A DNA stretch of 64,000 nt from a virus. A model generated the notes under the pieces. It was given only the letters and a program-made list of their open reading frames with translations. It was not told where the DNA came from and made no database searches. Location: positions 64,001 to 128,000 of IMG/VR virus record IMGVR_UViG_3300027963_004416, one strand, 5' to 3'. The position numbers and the translations under genes were made by a program. The first letter of the stretch is position 1, and each line of letters starts with the position of its first letter. Shown here piece by piece: positions 9,464 through 17,902 of this stretch.

Positions 9464-10012
9464 ATGAAACGAAAAAAGTCAAAAGTAAAGTTTGAATCCG
9501 GCCCTCTGTTCACGGAAGTACAACAATCTGCAGGGGATCTTCTTAAAAAATTTGGTATAACTGTCAATACATCTCGTCTGGTTATGATCCAAAGAATTAG
9601 AGAGTACATTGACAATCAACCTAACCCGCATAGAACATGCAATGCTATCCTTTTAAAACTAGGTGTAAAAATTCAATTGGATAACTCTATGCGCAAAGCT
9701 AGAGTGTATGCTATGACTGCGTTTGACGAAGCTCTACGTCAAGGTACTGAATTTGACCCTTCAACAGTTCTCAGTATTGCTGATACTCGCTTAATAAAGA
9801 TTGAAAGATATCTTGGACGCGAAGTGATAGTAGATTACAATACAGTCGAGAAAAAAACAGTATCTAAATCTGAAATTGCAAGAAAAATTTATTCAGAGAA
9901 TCAAGATAAGCCTGGTAAAGAGGTTGCTGCTATCATTGCTGAAGAGCTAGGAATAGAGAGGCAAGCTGCACTAGGATATTATTATAGTGCCCGAAGATCC
10001 CTAACTGTATAA
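9464..10012 (+). CDS. Hypothetical protein, possible C-terminal HTH
   Basis: IIAEELGIERQAALGYY. Confidence 0.65.
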   Translation: MKRKKSKVKFESGPLFTEVQQSAGDLLKKFGITVNTSRLVMIQRIREYIDNQPNPHRTCNAILLKLGVKIQLDNSMRKARVYAMTAFDEALRQGTEFDPSTVLSIADTRLIKIERYLGREVIVDYNTVEKKTVSKSEIARKIYSENQDKPGKEVAAIIAEELGIERQAALGYYYSARRSLTV

Positions 10013-10037
10013 AAAAGCGCCTTTCGGCGCTTTTTTT
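10011..10037. terminator. Rho-independent terminator (potentially bidirectional)
   Basis: A6-GCGCC-TTTC-GGCGC-T7. Confidence 0.9.
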
Positions 10038-10066
10038 ATATCTAAATATCAAAAAAGGGAGGCCAT

Positions 10067-10258
10067 ATGGACTATAATCGTGCTTCAGAACTAGAAGAAA
10101 TGATCCAATCAGAAACCTTCTATGGTATTCCTATTTCGGATATAGAACCTTATATGCTTGACGAACTGGATACTGATGATCTTAGAACCCTATATGTAAT
10201 AGTTAACATGCTGCACTGGCAAGCTATCGATAAAATGGTCATGATAAAAAGTAGTTGA
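10067..10258 (+). CDS. Hypothetical protein
   Basis: GGGAGG RBS. Confidence 0.65.
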   Translation: MDYNRASELEEMIQSETFYGIPISDIEPYMLDELDTDDLRTLYVIVNMLHWQAIDKMVMIKSS

Positions 10259-10283
10259 TTTATTTTCGTCGCGAGAATAAAAT
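10255..10283 (+). promoter_or_regulatory. sigma70-type promoter TTGATT-N17-TAAAAT
   Basis: 17-nt spacer, A-rich upstream, AAGGAG RBS downstream. Confidence 0.65.
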
Positions 10284-10315
10284 ACATATGTCATTTGAAA
10301 AAGGAGATATATGAC

Positions 10316-11248
10316 ATGGCACATTTGATCGAAACTATGGCTTACGCTGGTGAAGTACCTTGGCACGGTCTTGGCAAGGAAGTCCCTTCCGATCTGTCAC
10401 CTGAGCAAATGCTCAAGACTGCTGACCTTGATTGGACTGTTAATAAGGTTCCTACCTTTATCGACCTCGAAGGTGTTAAGACTGCTACCGGGCGGCATGC
10501 GCTGGTTCGGTCGTCTGATAATAGCATTCTTGATGTTGTTACTACGGACTGGAACCCAGTTCAGAATCAAGAAGCATTTGAATTCTTTGACGAGTTTGTT
10601 CATACCGGTGATATGGAAATGCATACTGCCGGTTCGTTGAAGAACGGTCAAGTTGTATGGGCCCTGGCCAAGATTAAGGACAGCTTCGAGCTGTTTGGCG
10701 GCGATGAGGTTAAGGGTTACTTGCTCTTCACTAATCCTCATAAGTTTGGTCAATCGATTGATATTCGCTTTACTCCTATCCGTGTTGTTTGCAATAACAC
10801 TCTTACCCTCGCCCTTGATACTAAGGCTGCTAATTCCTACAAGATGAATCATCGTCGTACGTTTGACGGGGATGTCGCTAAGGAGATGCTTGGCATTGCT
10901 AAGGATAAGCTGCAAACTTACAAGGAGATGGCTGCATTCCTTGGTAGCAAGCGTTATAGTGAAGAGAAGGTCAAGGAGTACTTTGCTACTATCTTCCCGA
11001 CCCTGTCTAAAGAGGACGGTAAGATCTCTCGTAATGCTATTCAGGCTCTTGATGTTCTAGAGAAGCAACCTGGTGCTAAGTTTGCTCAAGGTAGCTGGTG
11101 GCAGCCGTTTAATGCCGTTACGTTCATGACTGATCATCTGCTTGGCCGTACTAACGAAACCCGTATTCAGTCGGCCTGGTTTGGACCTAACAAGTCTCTT
11201 AAAATCAAGGCTCTTGAGAAGGCAGTTGAATTTGCTGAAGCTACTTGA
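10316..11248 (+). CDS. DUF932 family phage/plasmid protein
   Basis: PWHGLG, PVQNQEAF, TAGSL..G..VW, TPIRVVCNNTL; ATG 10316 chosen from RBS. Confidence 0.9.
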   Translation: MAHLIETMAYAGEVPWHGLGKEVPSDLSPEQMLKTADLDWTVNKVPTFIDLEGVKTATGRHALVRSSDNSILDVVTTDWNPVQNQEAFEFFDEFVHTGDMEMHTAGSLKNGQVVWALAKIKDSFELFGGDEVKGYLLFTNPHKFGQSIDIRFTPIRVVCNNTLTLALDTKAANSYKMNHRRTFDGDVAKEMLGIAKDKLQTYKEMAAFLGSKRYSEEKVKEYFATIFPTLSKEDGKISRNAIQALDVLEKQPGAKFAQGSWWQPFNAVTFMTDHLLGRTNETRIQSAWFGPNKSLKIKALEKAVEFAEAT

Positions 11249-11670
11249 TGTCAAATGAATACGAAAAGATCTTCAATCCACCTGCAGATCTTAACGTAGC
11301 CGGATTAAATCGCAACTCACTCCCCTACCCGACTGAGGTGGGGAGTGCTTACTTTCCTCCTGTAAAAATAGAGGATTTAAAATCTTATAATCTAAGTCAG
11401 TCTGTGAACAGGTACAACGAAAAGGTTGCCTTTTTACAGAAACAAGCTGATATTATTAAACAGGAATATGAGAAAATAAGGGCTAGTATGGAGCTCGCCT
11501 TTCTTATTGATCAAGCAAGATATGCCTTCAAGCCAGTACCCGGTAATATATACTTCCTTCAGAAGGACTATGCCGGGAGACTAGTTCTTAACCTGTGTCA
11601 CATCACGTATAATGAGTTTATACATAAGGTTCAGTATAGAGCAGACGGTGAGTGGATTACCATTGAGTAA
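11245..11670 (+). CDS. Hypothetical protein (DUF2452-like)
   Basis: PYPTEVG...A.Y.FKPVPG.IYFL pattern. Confidence 0.65.
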   Translation: MMSNEYEKIFNPPADLNVAGLNRNSLPYPTEVGSAYFPPVKIEDLKSYNLSQSVNRYNEKVAFLQKQADIIKQEYEKIRASMELAFLIDQARYAFKPVPGNIYFLQKDYAGRLVLNLCHITYNEFIHKVQYRADGEWITIE

Positions 11671-11704
11671 TGATAATCGATACTAACACTTAATGATCAA
11701 GAGA

Positions 11705-11733
11705 TAGATTTTTCTAGTCTTCTTAGCTAAAAT
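11705..11733 (+). promoter_or_regulatory. sigma70-type promoter TAGATT-N17-TAAAAT upstream of pqqA
   Basis: Same consensus as other promoters in the window. Confidence 0.6.
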
Positions 11734-11776
11734 ACTATAGTAGGATACCCCTACGTGAATAATAAAGGAGAAGTAT

Positions 11777-11848
11777 ATGTGGACAAAGCCAATTGCTCAA
11801 GACAAGCGTTTCGGGTTTGAAGTCACGATGTATATTGCATCGCGATAA
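11777..11848 (+). CDS. pqqA: PQQ precursor peptide, 23 aa MWTKPIAQDKRFGFEVTMYIASR
   Basis: MW.KP....RFGFEVTMY with the cross-linked E-x3-Y; AAAGGAG RBS; missed by ORF track. Confidence 0.95.
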   Translation: MWTKPIAQDKRFGFEVTMYIASR

Positions 11849-11899
11849 TAAGTAATATATAATATGCCCGGGGCCTCTGCGAAAGTACGCCTCGGCTCT

Positions 11900-11921
11900 A
11901 GACCGCTAGCGGTCTTTTTTT
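11900..11921 (+). terminator. Rho-independent terminator after pqqA
   Basis: AGACCG-CTAG-CGGTCT followed by T run. Confidence 0.85.
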
Positions 11922-11925
11922 ATAG

Positions 11926-11955
11926 TTGATTTTTATTTAGCCTAACATATATAAT
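11926..11955 (+). promoter_or_regulatory. sigma70-type promoter TTGATT-N18-TATAAT
   Basis: Upstream of Bfd-like ORF and tmRNA. Confidence 0.55.
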
Positions 11956-11973
11956 GTCTTGTAGGAAAGAGTC

Positions 11974-12153
11974 ATGATTATCTGTGTTTGTAGAGAAATT
12001 TCGGATAACGATTATTCTTCTGACGAGGAACTTAAAAATCGTATCATGCAGAATGATTTTAAATGTGGTATTTGTCAGACTAAATATATTATGAACGATG
12101 AGCTTTTATCTGTACAACCAGAAGCTTATCAAAAGAATTGCTGTATGAAGTAG
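11974..12153 (+). CDS. Bfd-like [2Fe-2S] protein, 59 aa
   Basis: MIICVCREISD...CGIC (CxC + CxxC); AGGA RBS; missed by ORF track. Confidence 0.7.
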   Translation: MIICVCREISDNDYSSDEELKNRIMQNDFKCGICQTKYIMNDELLSVQPEAYQKNCCMK

Positions 12154-12444
12154 AAGGAAAGGTGTTCTGGACGCGAGTTCGATTCTCGCCATCTCCACCA
12201 TAAGCGTATTGCCTGGTATGAGTGCCTATAGGCTTAATCAGAGTCCAATAAGTAATACGCTTATGATGGGGATGTCAAGGTTTCGACAGGGCAATGAGTA
12301 CAGATATGGACAGCACGTCAGGCGATCGACGTTAATGAAGCAGAACTAGTAAACGCAAACGATAGCGATTACAACATGGCTCTTGCTGCCTAACAGCTAA
12401 GACCGGAGTCTTGATAGTTGAACTTGGCAACAGAATCAACTATC
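12139..12444 (+). ncRNA. ssrA: Circularly permuted (two-piece) tmRNA; tag ANDSDYNMALAA
   Basis: T-arm GCGAGTTCGATTCTCGC + CATCTCC-A-CCA (ends 12200) precedes 5' GGGGATG (12268) with G3.U pair; tag ORF 12355-12393; terminal hairpin with GGCAACAGAA loop; outer ends approximate. Confidence 0.92.
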
Positions 12445-12468
12445 ATTTATTTCTATGAGGCTAAAAAT

Positions 12469-12756
12469 ATGACAAAAGACGAGATTTATAATCTAATTAT
12501 AGTAACAATGAAGAAGGATTATGATATCGATATTAGCGGCATGCCTGCCAATACACCTATATCTACTATTAAGGAGATGGCTCCAAAGCTAGACTCGTTG
12601 GAATATCTTCAGTTTATTTTTGGTATGGAAGACAAGACGGGCATTGAATTACCTGAAGGCAGCCCGGTGCCAGAGACAATAGGAGATATTTTAGATGCTT
12701 TTGTCACAGCTTTGGGAAATAGACTTAATATATCAGTTAATTATAAGATGGATTAA
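12469..12756 (+). CDS. Acyl carrier protein
   Basis: LDSLE phosphopantetheine Ser, ED..GIELP, TIGDI; ATG 12469 with GAGG RBS. Confidence 0.8.
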   Translation: MTKDEIYNLIIVTMKKDYDIDISGMPANTPISTIKEMAPKLDSLEYLQFIFGMEDKTGIELPEGSPVPETIGDILDAFVTALGNRLNISVNYKMD

Positions 12757-12759
12757 GAA

Positions 12760-13497
12760 GTGATTTTAAAATCACATCCATTTACTAATCGGTTTGTTAG
12801 CTTAGCAAATATTATTATTGCTTTAGTGGGAACATTTTTCATAGTTCCCAGTATTAAAATACTTATTTTATCATTATTTTTATTTTTTATTTTATTCTGG
12901 TTTGGTCATAATATAGGGCAGCATAGGTATCTATCACACGAATACTTTTCTCTTAGCAGACCAGTGCATTATGTCATAGTTTATCTAGCAAATGCAGTTG
13001 GGTATGGCTCGGCATTTGGCTGGGCTACCTTTCATCGCAATCATCATCTAACTAGTGATACGGGAAAAGATCCGTATCACTTTGATAGCCCCTTGAAAGC
13101 TTTTTTAAACATTACTAATTATGATCATATAAGGTATTTTAGAAGTAAGCTCTTAGGTGATCGTTTTGTAGTTTTTACACATAAATACTATCATCCATTT
13201 TTGATAGTTAATAGTATAGTACTGTTTTTAATAAGTCCTGTTCTATGGATCTCGTACCACTACTCGGTCATTATGTGTTATTTTGCATTTATCTGGACCG
13301 CAGTCTTTTCTCACAAAAAGACAATATTTTCATATAAGAACTTCGACGGCCCGGCTTATAACGATTTTATATACGGCTACATTTTAGGTGATTGGCACAA
13401 TAACCACCATACCAACCCACATATTCAGAATCAAAAAGTAAAATGGTGGGAATTTGATATAATCGATTTTTTTATTAGGAAAATTAAAAGTGTATAA
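12760..13497 (+). CDS. Membrane fatty-acid desaturase 1 (delta-9/DesC-like family)
   Basis: HRYLSH, HRNHH, WHNNHH, WWEFD; TM segments. Confidence 0.9.
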   Translation: MILKSHPFTNRFVSLANIIIALVGTFFIVPSIKILILSLFLFFILFWFGHNIGQHRYLSHEYFSLSRPVHYVIVYLANAVGYGSAFGWATFHRNHHLTSDTGKDPYHFDSPLKAFLNITNYDHIRYFRSKLLGDRFVVFTHKYYHPFLIVNSIVLFLISPVLWISYHYSVIMCYFAFIWTAVFSHKKTIFSYKNFDGPAYNDFIYGYILGDWHNNHHTNPHIQNQKVKWWEFDIIDFFIRKIKSV

Positions 13498-14263
13498 ATG
13501 GCCTTTAGATTTTATTTTTAAGTCTCGCGATCACTTACAAAAATATATTATTACAATGCAATTCGTGCTCGCAGTTGTCGCATTTAGCACGTATGGGGCA
13601 AATGCATGGTTTATAAGTTTAAGTTTTCTATGGTACCTTGTAATGCTACATGTAGGACACAACGCAGGGCTTCATAGATACTTCTCGCACAGCTCATACA
13701 AACTATCGAAGCCCTGGCATATCTTTATTACGTTCATTTCTACACTAGTGGCGTTCGGCTCACCGCTTGGATACGCTATAATTCACAAAACCCATCATCG
13801 CTACTCAGATACCCCTGATGATCCACATCAACCTAAAAAACCCGTAAAGACTTTTTTCTTCATGTTTAATTCAAGTGATGAAAAAATATCACCGCTTTAC
13901 GCGAGAGGTCTTAGAGACTACTGGATAAGCTTTACTCATAGCTACTACTTACTAATACTTGTCACTTTTTATATTGCGTTATTGGCTATAGATCCAATAG
14001 TTGCGCTTTCCTATAACGTAGGAATTTGTGGAATTTTACTTGGAACAGGGTGGGTTAATGTTGTGAATCATACTAGTAATTTTCTTTCGTATAGAAATTT
14101 TCAAACTAAAGATAAATCAAACAACGATTTAGTAGCAGGGTATTTACTAGGCGAATGGCATAACAATCACCACGCTAATCCGACGTCTTATACTCAAAAA
14201 GTAAAATGGTGGGAACTAGATATACCTACATTTATTATAAAGTCTATAAAGAATGAAGATTAA
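13490..14263 (+). CDS. Membrane fatty-acid desaturase 2
   Basis: HRYFSH, HKTHH.YSDT..DPH, WHNNHH, WWELD. Confidence 0.9.
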   Translation: MYKWPLDFIFKSRDHLQKYIITMQFVLAVVAFSTYGANAWFISLSFLWYLVMLHVGHNAGLHRYFSHSSYKLSKPWHIFITFISTLVAFGSPLGYAIIHKTHHRYSDTPDDPHQPKKPVKTFFFMFNSSDEKISPLYARGLRDYWISFTHSYYLLILVTFYIALLAIDPIVALSYNVGICGILLGTGWVNVVNHTSNFLSYRNFQTKDKSNNDLVAGYLLGEWHNNHHANPTSYTQKVKWWELDIPTFIIKSIKNED

Positions 14264-14984
14264 AAGATATATTTTATTTCTAGGAATTTTTCTTACCGGG
14301 CTTTATTTTTTAATTGACTCTGTTATAAATGACAGCCCCATTAATTACTATTTGTTAACATTTCTAGTTTACATACAGATCGTCTTTAATCAATTAGTAC
14401 TTCATAGAATTTTTAGCCACCGCGCTTTTAAAATATCCTGGTATCTTAGAGATATTTTCTGTTGCTTTACACTTTTAAGTATGTTTAGTTCTTCAAGAAC
14501 CTACATTGCAATGCATAGATTACATCACAGATATACAGATACCGAACTAGATCTGCACGGACCACACCAGGGGTTCTTTACTCTTATAGATATGCATATC
14601 GTTGACTCTAAGCTTATAGGTAAGATTGACAAGAATGAATCAAGAATAGAAACATTCATTAACACATACTACTATGAGCTTACATATGGCACTATATTTT
14701 TATCCTTGTTAATTAACACCGTTTTCTTTAAATACTTAATTCTTAGTGTAATGTTTAATTATATCTGTATTGATGTATTTAATTATTTTTCACATAAAAA
14801 AACACCGTTTAACTATAGAAACTACGACACCTTAAATAACTCTCACAATAATTTATTTTTAGGTATATTTGGTGGTGACTGGCATAATAATCACCATGCC
14901 TTCCCTAACGAGCCTAATCAAAGAAAACGCTGGTGGGAATTCGATCCGATATTCTATTTTGGTAAAGTATTAGAAAAGATATGA
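14253..14984 (+). CDS. Membrane fatty-acid desaturase 3
   Basis: HRIFSH, HRLHH.YTDT..DLH, WHNNHH, WWEFD. Confidence 0.9.
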   Translation: MKIKRYILFLGIFLTGLYFLIDSVINDSPINYYLLTFLVYIQIVFNQLVLHRIFSHRAFKISWYLRDIFCCFTLLSMFSSSRTYIAMHRLHHRYTDTELDLHGPHQGFFTLIDMHIVDSKLIGKIDKNESRIETFINTYYYELTYGTIFLSLLINTVFFKYLILSVMFNYICIDVFNYFSHKKTPFNYRNYDTLNNSHNNLFLGIFGGDWHNNHHAFPNEPNQRKRWWEFDPIFYFGKVLEKI

Positions 14985-16159
14985 GAAGAGTAGTTATAAC
15001 AGGCGCCGGCGCGATAACACCTATAGGTGGTGATTTAGATACAATAGAACACAGGCTATACAATAGTATTTCAGGTCTAAAATGGAACGATAGCCATAAT
15101 ACCGTGAGCGGCTCGGTAGATGAAAATATTGACTCTATGTTCTCATCATCAGATACAAATCTTACGGATAAAGTAACTAAACTCTCCTGGATTTCCTATG
15201 AGAGGGCCCGTGATGATTCAGGTATAGTACCTGAAGGTATATTTTATGGAGTAGGGTTTGGCGGAGCCCTTACAGTGGAAGAATGCTATAGTAATATTTC
15301 TAACGGTAAGAAAATTAACCCTATCTCCATTATTAAAGCGATGCCCAATCAGGGTGCAAGCTATATTTCTTTGAGAGAAAAAATCACCGGGCCGTGCATC
15401 TCATATACCACAGCGTGCTCATCGTCCGCCGTAGCATTAGGAGAGGCATATTTAAGAATAAAGAGTGGTGCTTTAAAAAACGCCGTAGCAGTTGGCTCGG
15501 AATGCTTAAATACCAAACTTAACGCCAGCTGGTGGCGCGGTATAGGCGCAATTAATGAAGATAAGGAATATAGTTTTAATGCGGTTAGACCATATTCAGC
15601 AGATAGAAAAGGGACAGCCATATCAGAAGGATCAGTATCATTAATCTTAGAAGATTTAGAATACGCTTTATCCCGTAAAGCCAAAATATACTGTGAGATT
15701 ACGGGGTATGGCTTATCTACAGGGACAGAAACATTTACCAAGCCCTGCAGGTCTTCCCAAGCACGAGTAATAAAAGAATGCTTAAAAGATTTAAATACTA
15801 AAGATATATCTTATATTAATAGTCATGGTACAGGGACCCCGGTAGGTGACTTAATAGAACTTCAAGCTATAGAAGAAGTATTCGGCAAAGAAGTAGTAAA
15901 TATACCTATCTCTTCAACTAAATCCCTCACTGGCCATCTATTGGGTGCAGCTGGTACCTTTGAAACTCTAGCTTGTATTTTTGTTATAAAAAATAATAGA
16001 ATTATACAAAATAACTTTATTAATGGGTTAGATGCAGATATAAGTAGTAATATATTCTTACCTACCATACCTGTGTTTAACCCTATTAATACTGTACTAA
16101 ATAATTCCTTTGCATTCGGTGGTACTAATGTATGTCTTGGATTAACAAAATGGAAATAA
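14981..16159 (+). CDS. Beta-ketoacyl-ACP synthase (FabF/FabB-like)
   Basis: Catalytic C-H-H: TACSSS, HGTGT, KSLTGHLLGAAG; NSFAFGGTN. Confidence 0.92.
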   Translation: MRRVVITGAGAITPIGGDLDTIEHRLYNSISGLKWNDSHNTVSGSVDENIDSMFSSSDTNLTDKVTKLSWISYERARDDSGIVPEGIFYGVGFGGALTVEECYSNISNGKKINPISIIKAMPNQGASYISLREKITGPCISYTTACSSSAVALGEAYLRIKSGALKNAVAVGSECLNTKLNASWWRGIGAINEDKEYSFNAVRPYSADRKGTAISEGSVSLILEDLEYALSRKAKIYCEITGYGLSTGTETFTKPCRSSQARVIKECLKDLNTKDISYINSHGTGTPVGDLIELQAIEEVFGKEVVNIPISSTKSLTGHLLGAAGTFETLACIFVIKNNRIIQNNFINGLDADISSNIFLPTIPVFNPINTVLNNSFAFGGTNVCLGLTKWK

Positions 16160-16764
16160 GACCTAGAAAGTTTAGCTTTAAATTAACAAAATACTGGTTT
16201 GATAATAATAAATTTAAAACTTTTTTTTGGAATGCTAATTCATTATTATTTGAGCAAAATGAATACATCTTCTGCAGACTTCTAAGTTTTTACAAAAAGA
16301 AAGTTAAAGACAAAACATTATTAGCTGAAATAGATATTTTATTCGGACAAGAAAGCTGGCATAGTTATAATCATAAAGCATTTAATGAACAATTATCATT
16401 AAACTACGATATAAGCTCTATTCAAAATAAAGCAAAAAGGCTAGCCGGGCGCGTTCTTATCTTAAAAAATAGTGATAAGCTATCGTATGCAGTTTGCTTT
16501 GAAGCTATGATAGTTAGAGTATGTAAGCTTTTACTAAAGGAAAAATTTACAAATACTGACCCTGAAATCAAAAACTTCTGGCTTTGGCATACTCAAGAAG
16601 AAATAGAACACGGCTATATTGCACGTAAACTATACAGATATTTTAAGTTTTCAAGATTACTAAATATAATACACATGCTCAAGCTTCTTATACTATACAT
16701 TGACTTTATAGTTTTTTCTTTAAAAGAATTTTACTTACAGGATAGACGACATGCAATTATCTAA
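16150..16764 (+). CDS. Predicted metal-dependent hydrolase family (ferritin-like di-metal) protein
   Basis: I.PR...F start, SLLF...E..F, GQESWH...H, WH..EEIEH. Confidence 0.75.
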   Translation: MEIRPRKFSFKLTKYWFDNNKFKTFFWNANSLLFEQNEYIFCRLLSFYKKKVKDKTLLAEIDILFGQESWHSYNHKAFNEQLSLNYDISSIQNKAKRLAGRVLILKNSDKLSYAVCFEAMIVRVCKLLLKEKFTNTDPEIKNFWLWHTQEEIEHGYIARKLYRYFKFSRLLNIIHMLKLLILYIDFIVFSLKEFYLQDRRHAII

Positions 16765-17218
16765 AAACTTTACCTTAGAAGAATTTACCAAGAGCGACAC
16801 AGCAACAAAGAAGGGTATTGATAATACCCCTCAGGGTGTCCATATGGAAAACTTAAAGAACTTAGTAGAAAAGGTTGTGCAACCTGTTCGAGAGCATTAC
16901 GGGAAGCCCGTAAAGGTAAACTCAGGGTATAGAGGTGCTAAGCTTAATGAAGCTGTAGGTGGCGCTGCAACAAGCCAGCATTGCAACGGTGAAGCGTGTG
17001 ATATTGAAGTCCCCGGCATTCCAAATGCTGATTTAGCTGCTTACATTAGAGATAACTTACCCTTTGACCAGCTTATTCTCGAATTTTATACACCAGGTAT
17101 TCCAGACTCAGGGTGGGTGCATGTTTCACTCAAGAAAGACGGCCCACAACGTAAGCAATGCCTTACAGCACTTAAAGAAGGCGGCAAGACCGTTTACAAG
17201 CCAGGATTTTTAGCATAA
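16751..17218 (+). CDS. Peptidase M15A (peptidoglycan peptidase, putative endolysin)
   Basis: LSKNFTLEEF, SGYR...LN.AVGG, SQH..GEACD, WVHVS. Confidence 0.9.
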   Translation: MQLSKNFTLEEFTKSDTATKKGIDNTPQGVHMENLKNLVEKVVQPVREHYGKPVKVNSGYRGAKLNEAVGGAATSQHCNGEACDIEVPGIPNADLAAYIRDNLPFDQLILEFYTPGIPDSGWVHVSLKKDGPQRKQCLTALKEGGKTVYKPGFLA

Positions 17219-17851
17219 TTGTTTACTGTAATTAAAGTTCATGTAGATAGTAACCCTACCTGCAGCGAAACAGTAAATGCCGGTCTTTTAAGCAAAGAGA
17301 GTGTTAAATACTTTGATAAAGACGGCTTTGAGCTTACCCCTTTAGAGCAAGCTTACTACTGCGCTGCAGGATATCAGAATAAGATTGGTAACGGGTGCTT
17401 ATACCATACCTGCTGGCAAGAACCCTGGTTTGATATAAGCAAGGAAGATCCATTTTTTATAGATCACACTATGATACTACATAGATGTGATTTTACTGAT
17501 GAAGCTGCAATACAACTACACAAGTATCAAAAAAGACTCCCACAACTTAACTATCTTATTAATTGTAAGAAGAAATGGGGGTTAGATTTTAGTTTAGATT
17601 ATTTAAATCATGATGATGATAGAGTGTATGAAATAGTTCATATAGAACAAGATTCAAACTCATATGAACACTTTATCAACCTTAAAGGTCAGTTTGAAGA
17701 ATTTGTTATATCCACTGACTGGAACCACGCAGCTAAGGTACTACTTAAAGAGAAGCACCGTTGGCTACCTCTCGAAGGAATGGCTCGTAATGACTGGAAA
17801 GCTAAGTTTTTTGGCTATGGTCAGGCTGAGAGTACCATCAAGTCAGTATAA
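17219..17851 (+). CDS. Hypothetical protein
   Basis: 210-aa ORF, TTG start. Confidence 0.7.
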   Translation: MFTVIKVHVDSNPTCSETVNAGLLSKESVKYFDKDGFELTPLEQAYYCAAGYQNKIGNGCLYHTCWQEPWFDISKEDPFFIDHTMILHRCDFTDEAAIQLHKYQKRLPQLNYLINCKKKWGLDFSLDYLNHDDDRVYEIVHIEQDSNSYEHFINLKGQFEEFVISTDWNHAAKVLLKEKHRWLPLEGMARNDWKAKFFGYGQAESTIKSV

Positions 17852-17902
17852 CTGGCTTTAATATTCCTTTACATCTATAATCAGAAAAATTTAGGAGATA
17901 GC

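Noticed and set aside
11318-11348. Strong hairpin CACTCCCC...GGGGAGTG as a terminator or ncRNA
   Set aside because: Lies inside a plausible CDS (LPYPTEVGS) and lacks a U tract
12169-12200. Possible tRNA-Ala (T-arm, CCA end)
   Set aside because: No anticodon arm, and the matching 5' strand lies downstream followed by a tag ORF; it is the acceptor piece of a permuted tmRNA
12418-12468. ORF-track N-terminal extension of the ACP
   Set aside because: TTG start lies inside the tmRNA terminal hairpin; ATG 12469 has an SD
12444-16764. Lipid operon as an island integrated at tmRNA
   Set aside because: No integrase and no duplicated tmRNA end seen
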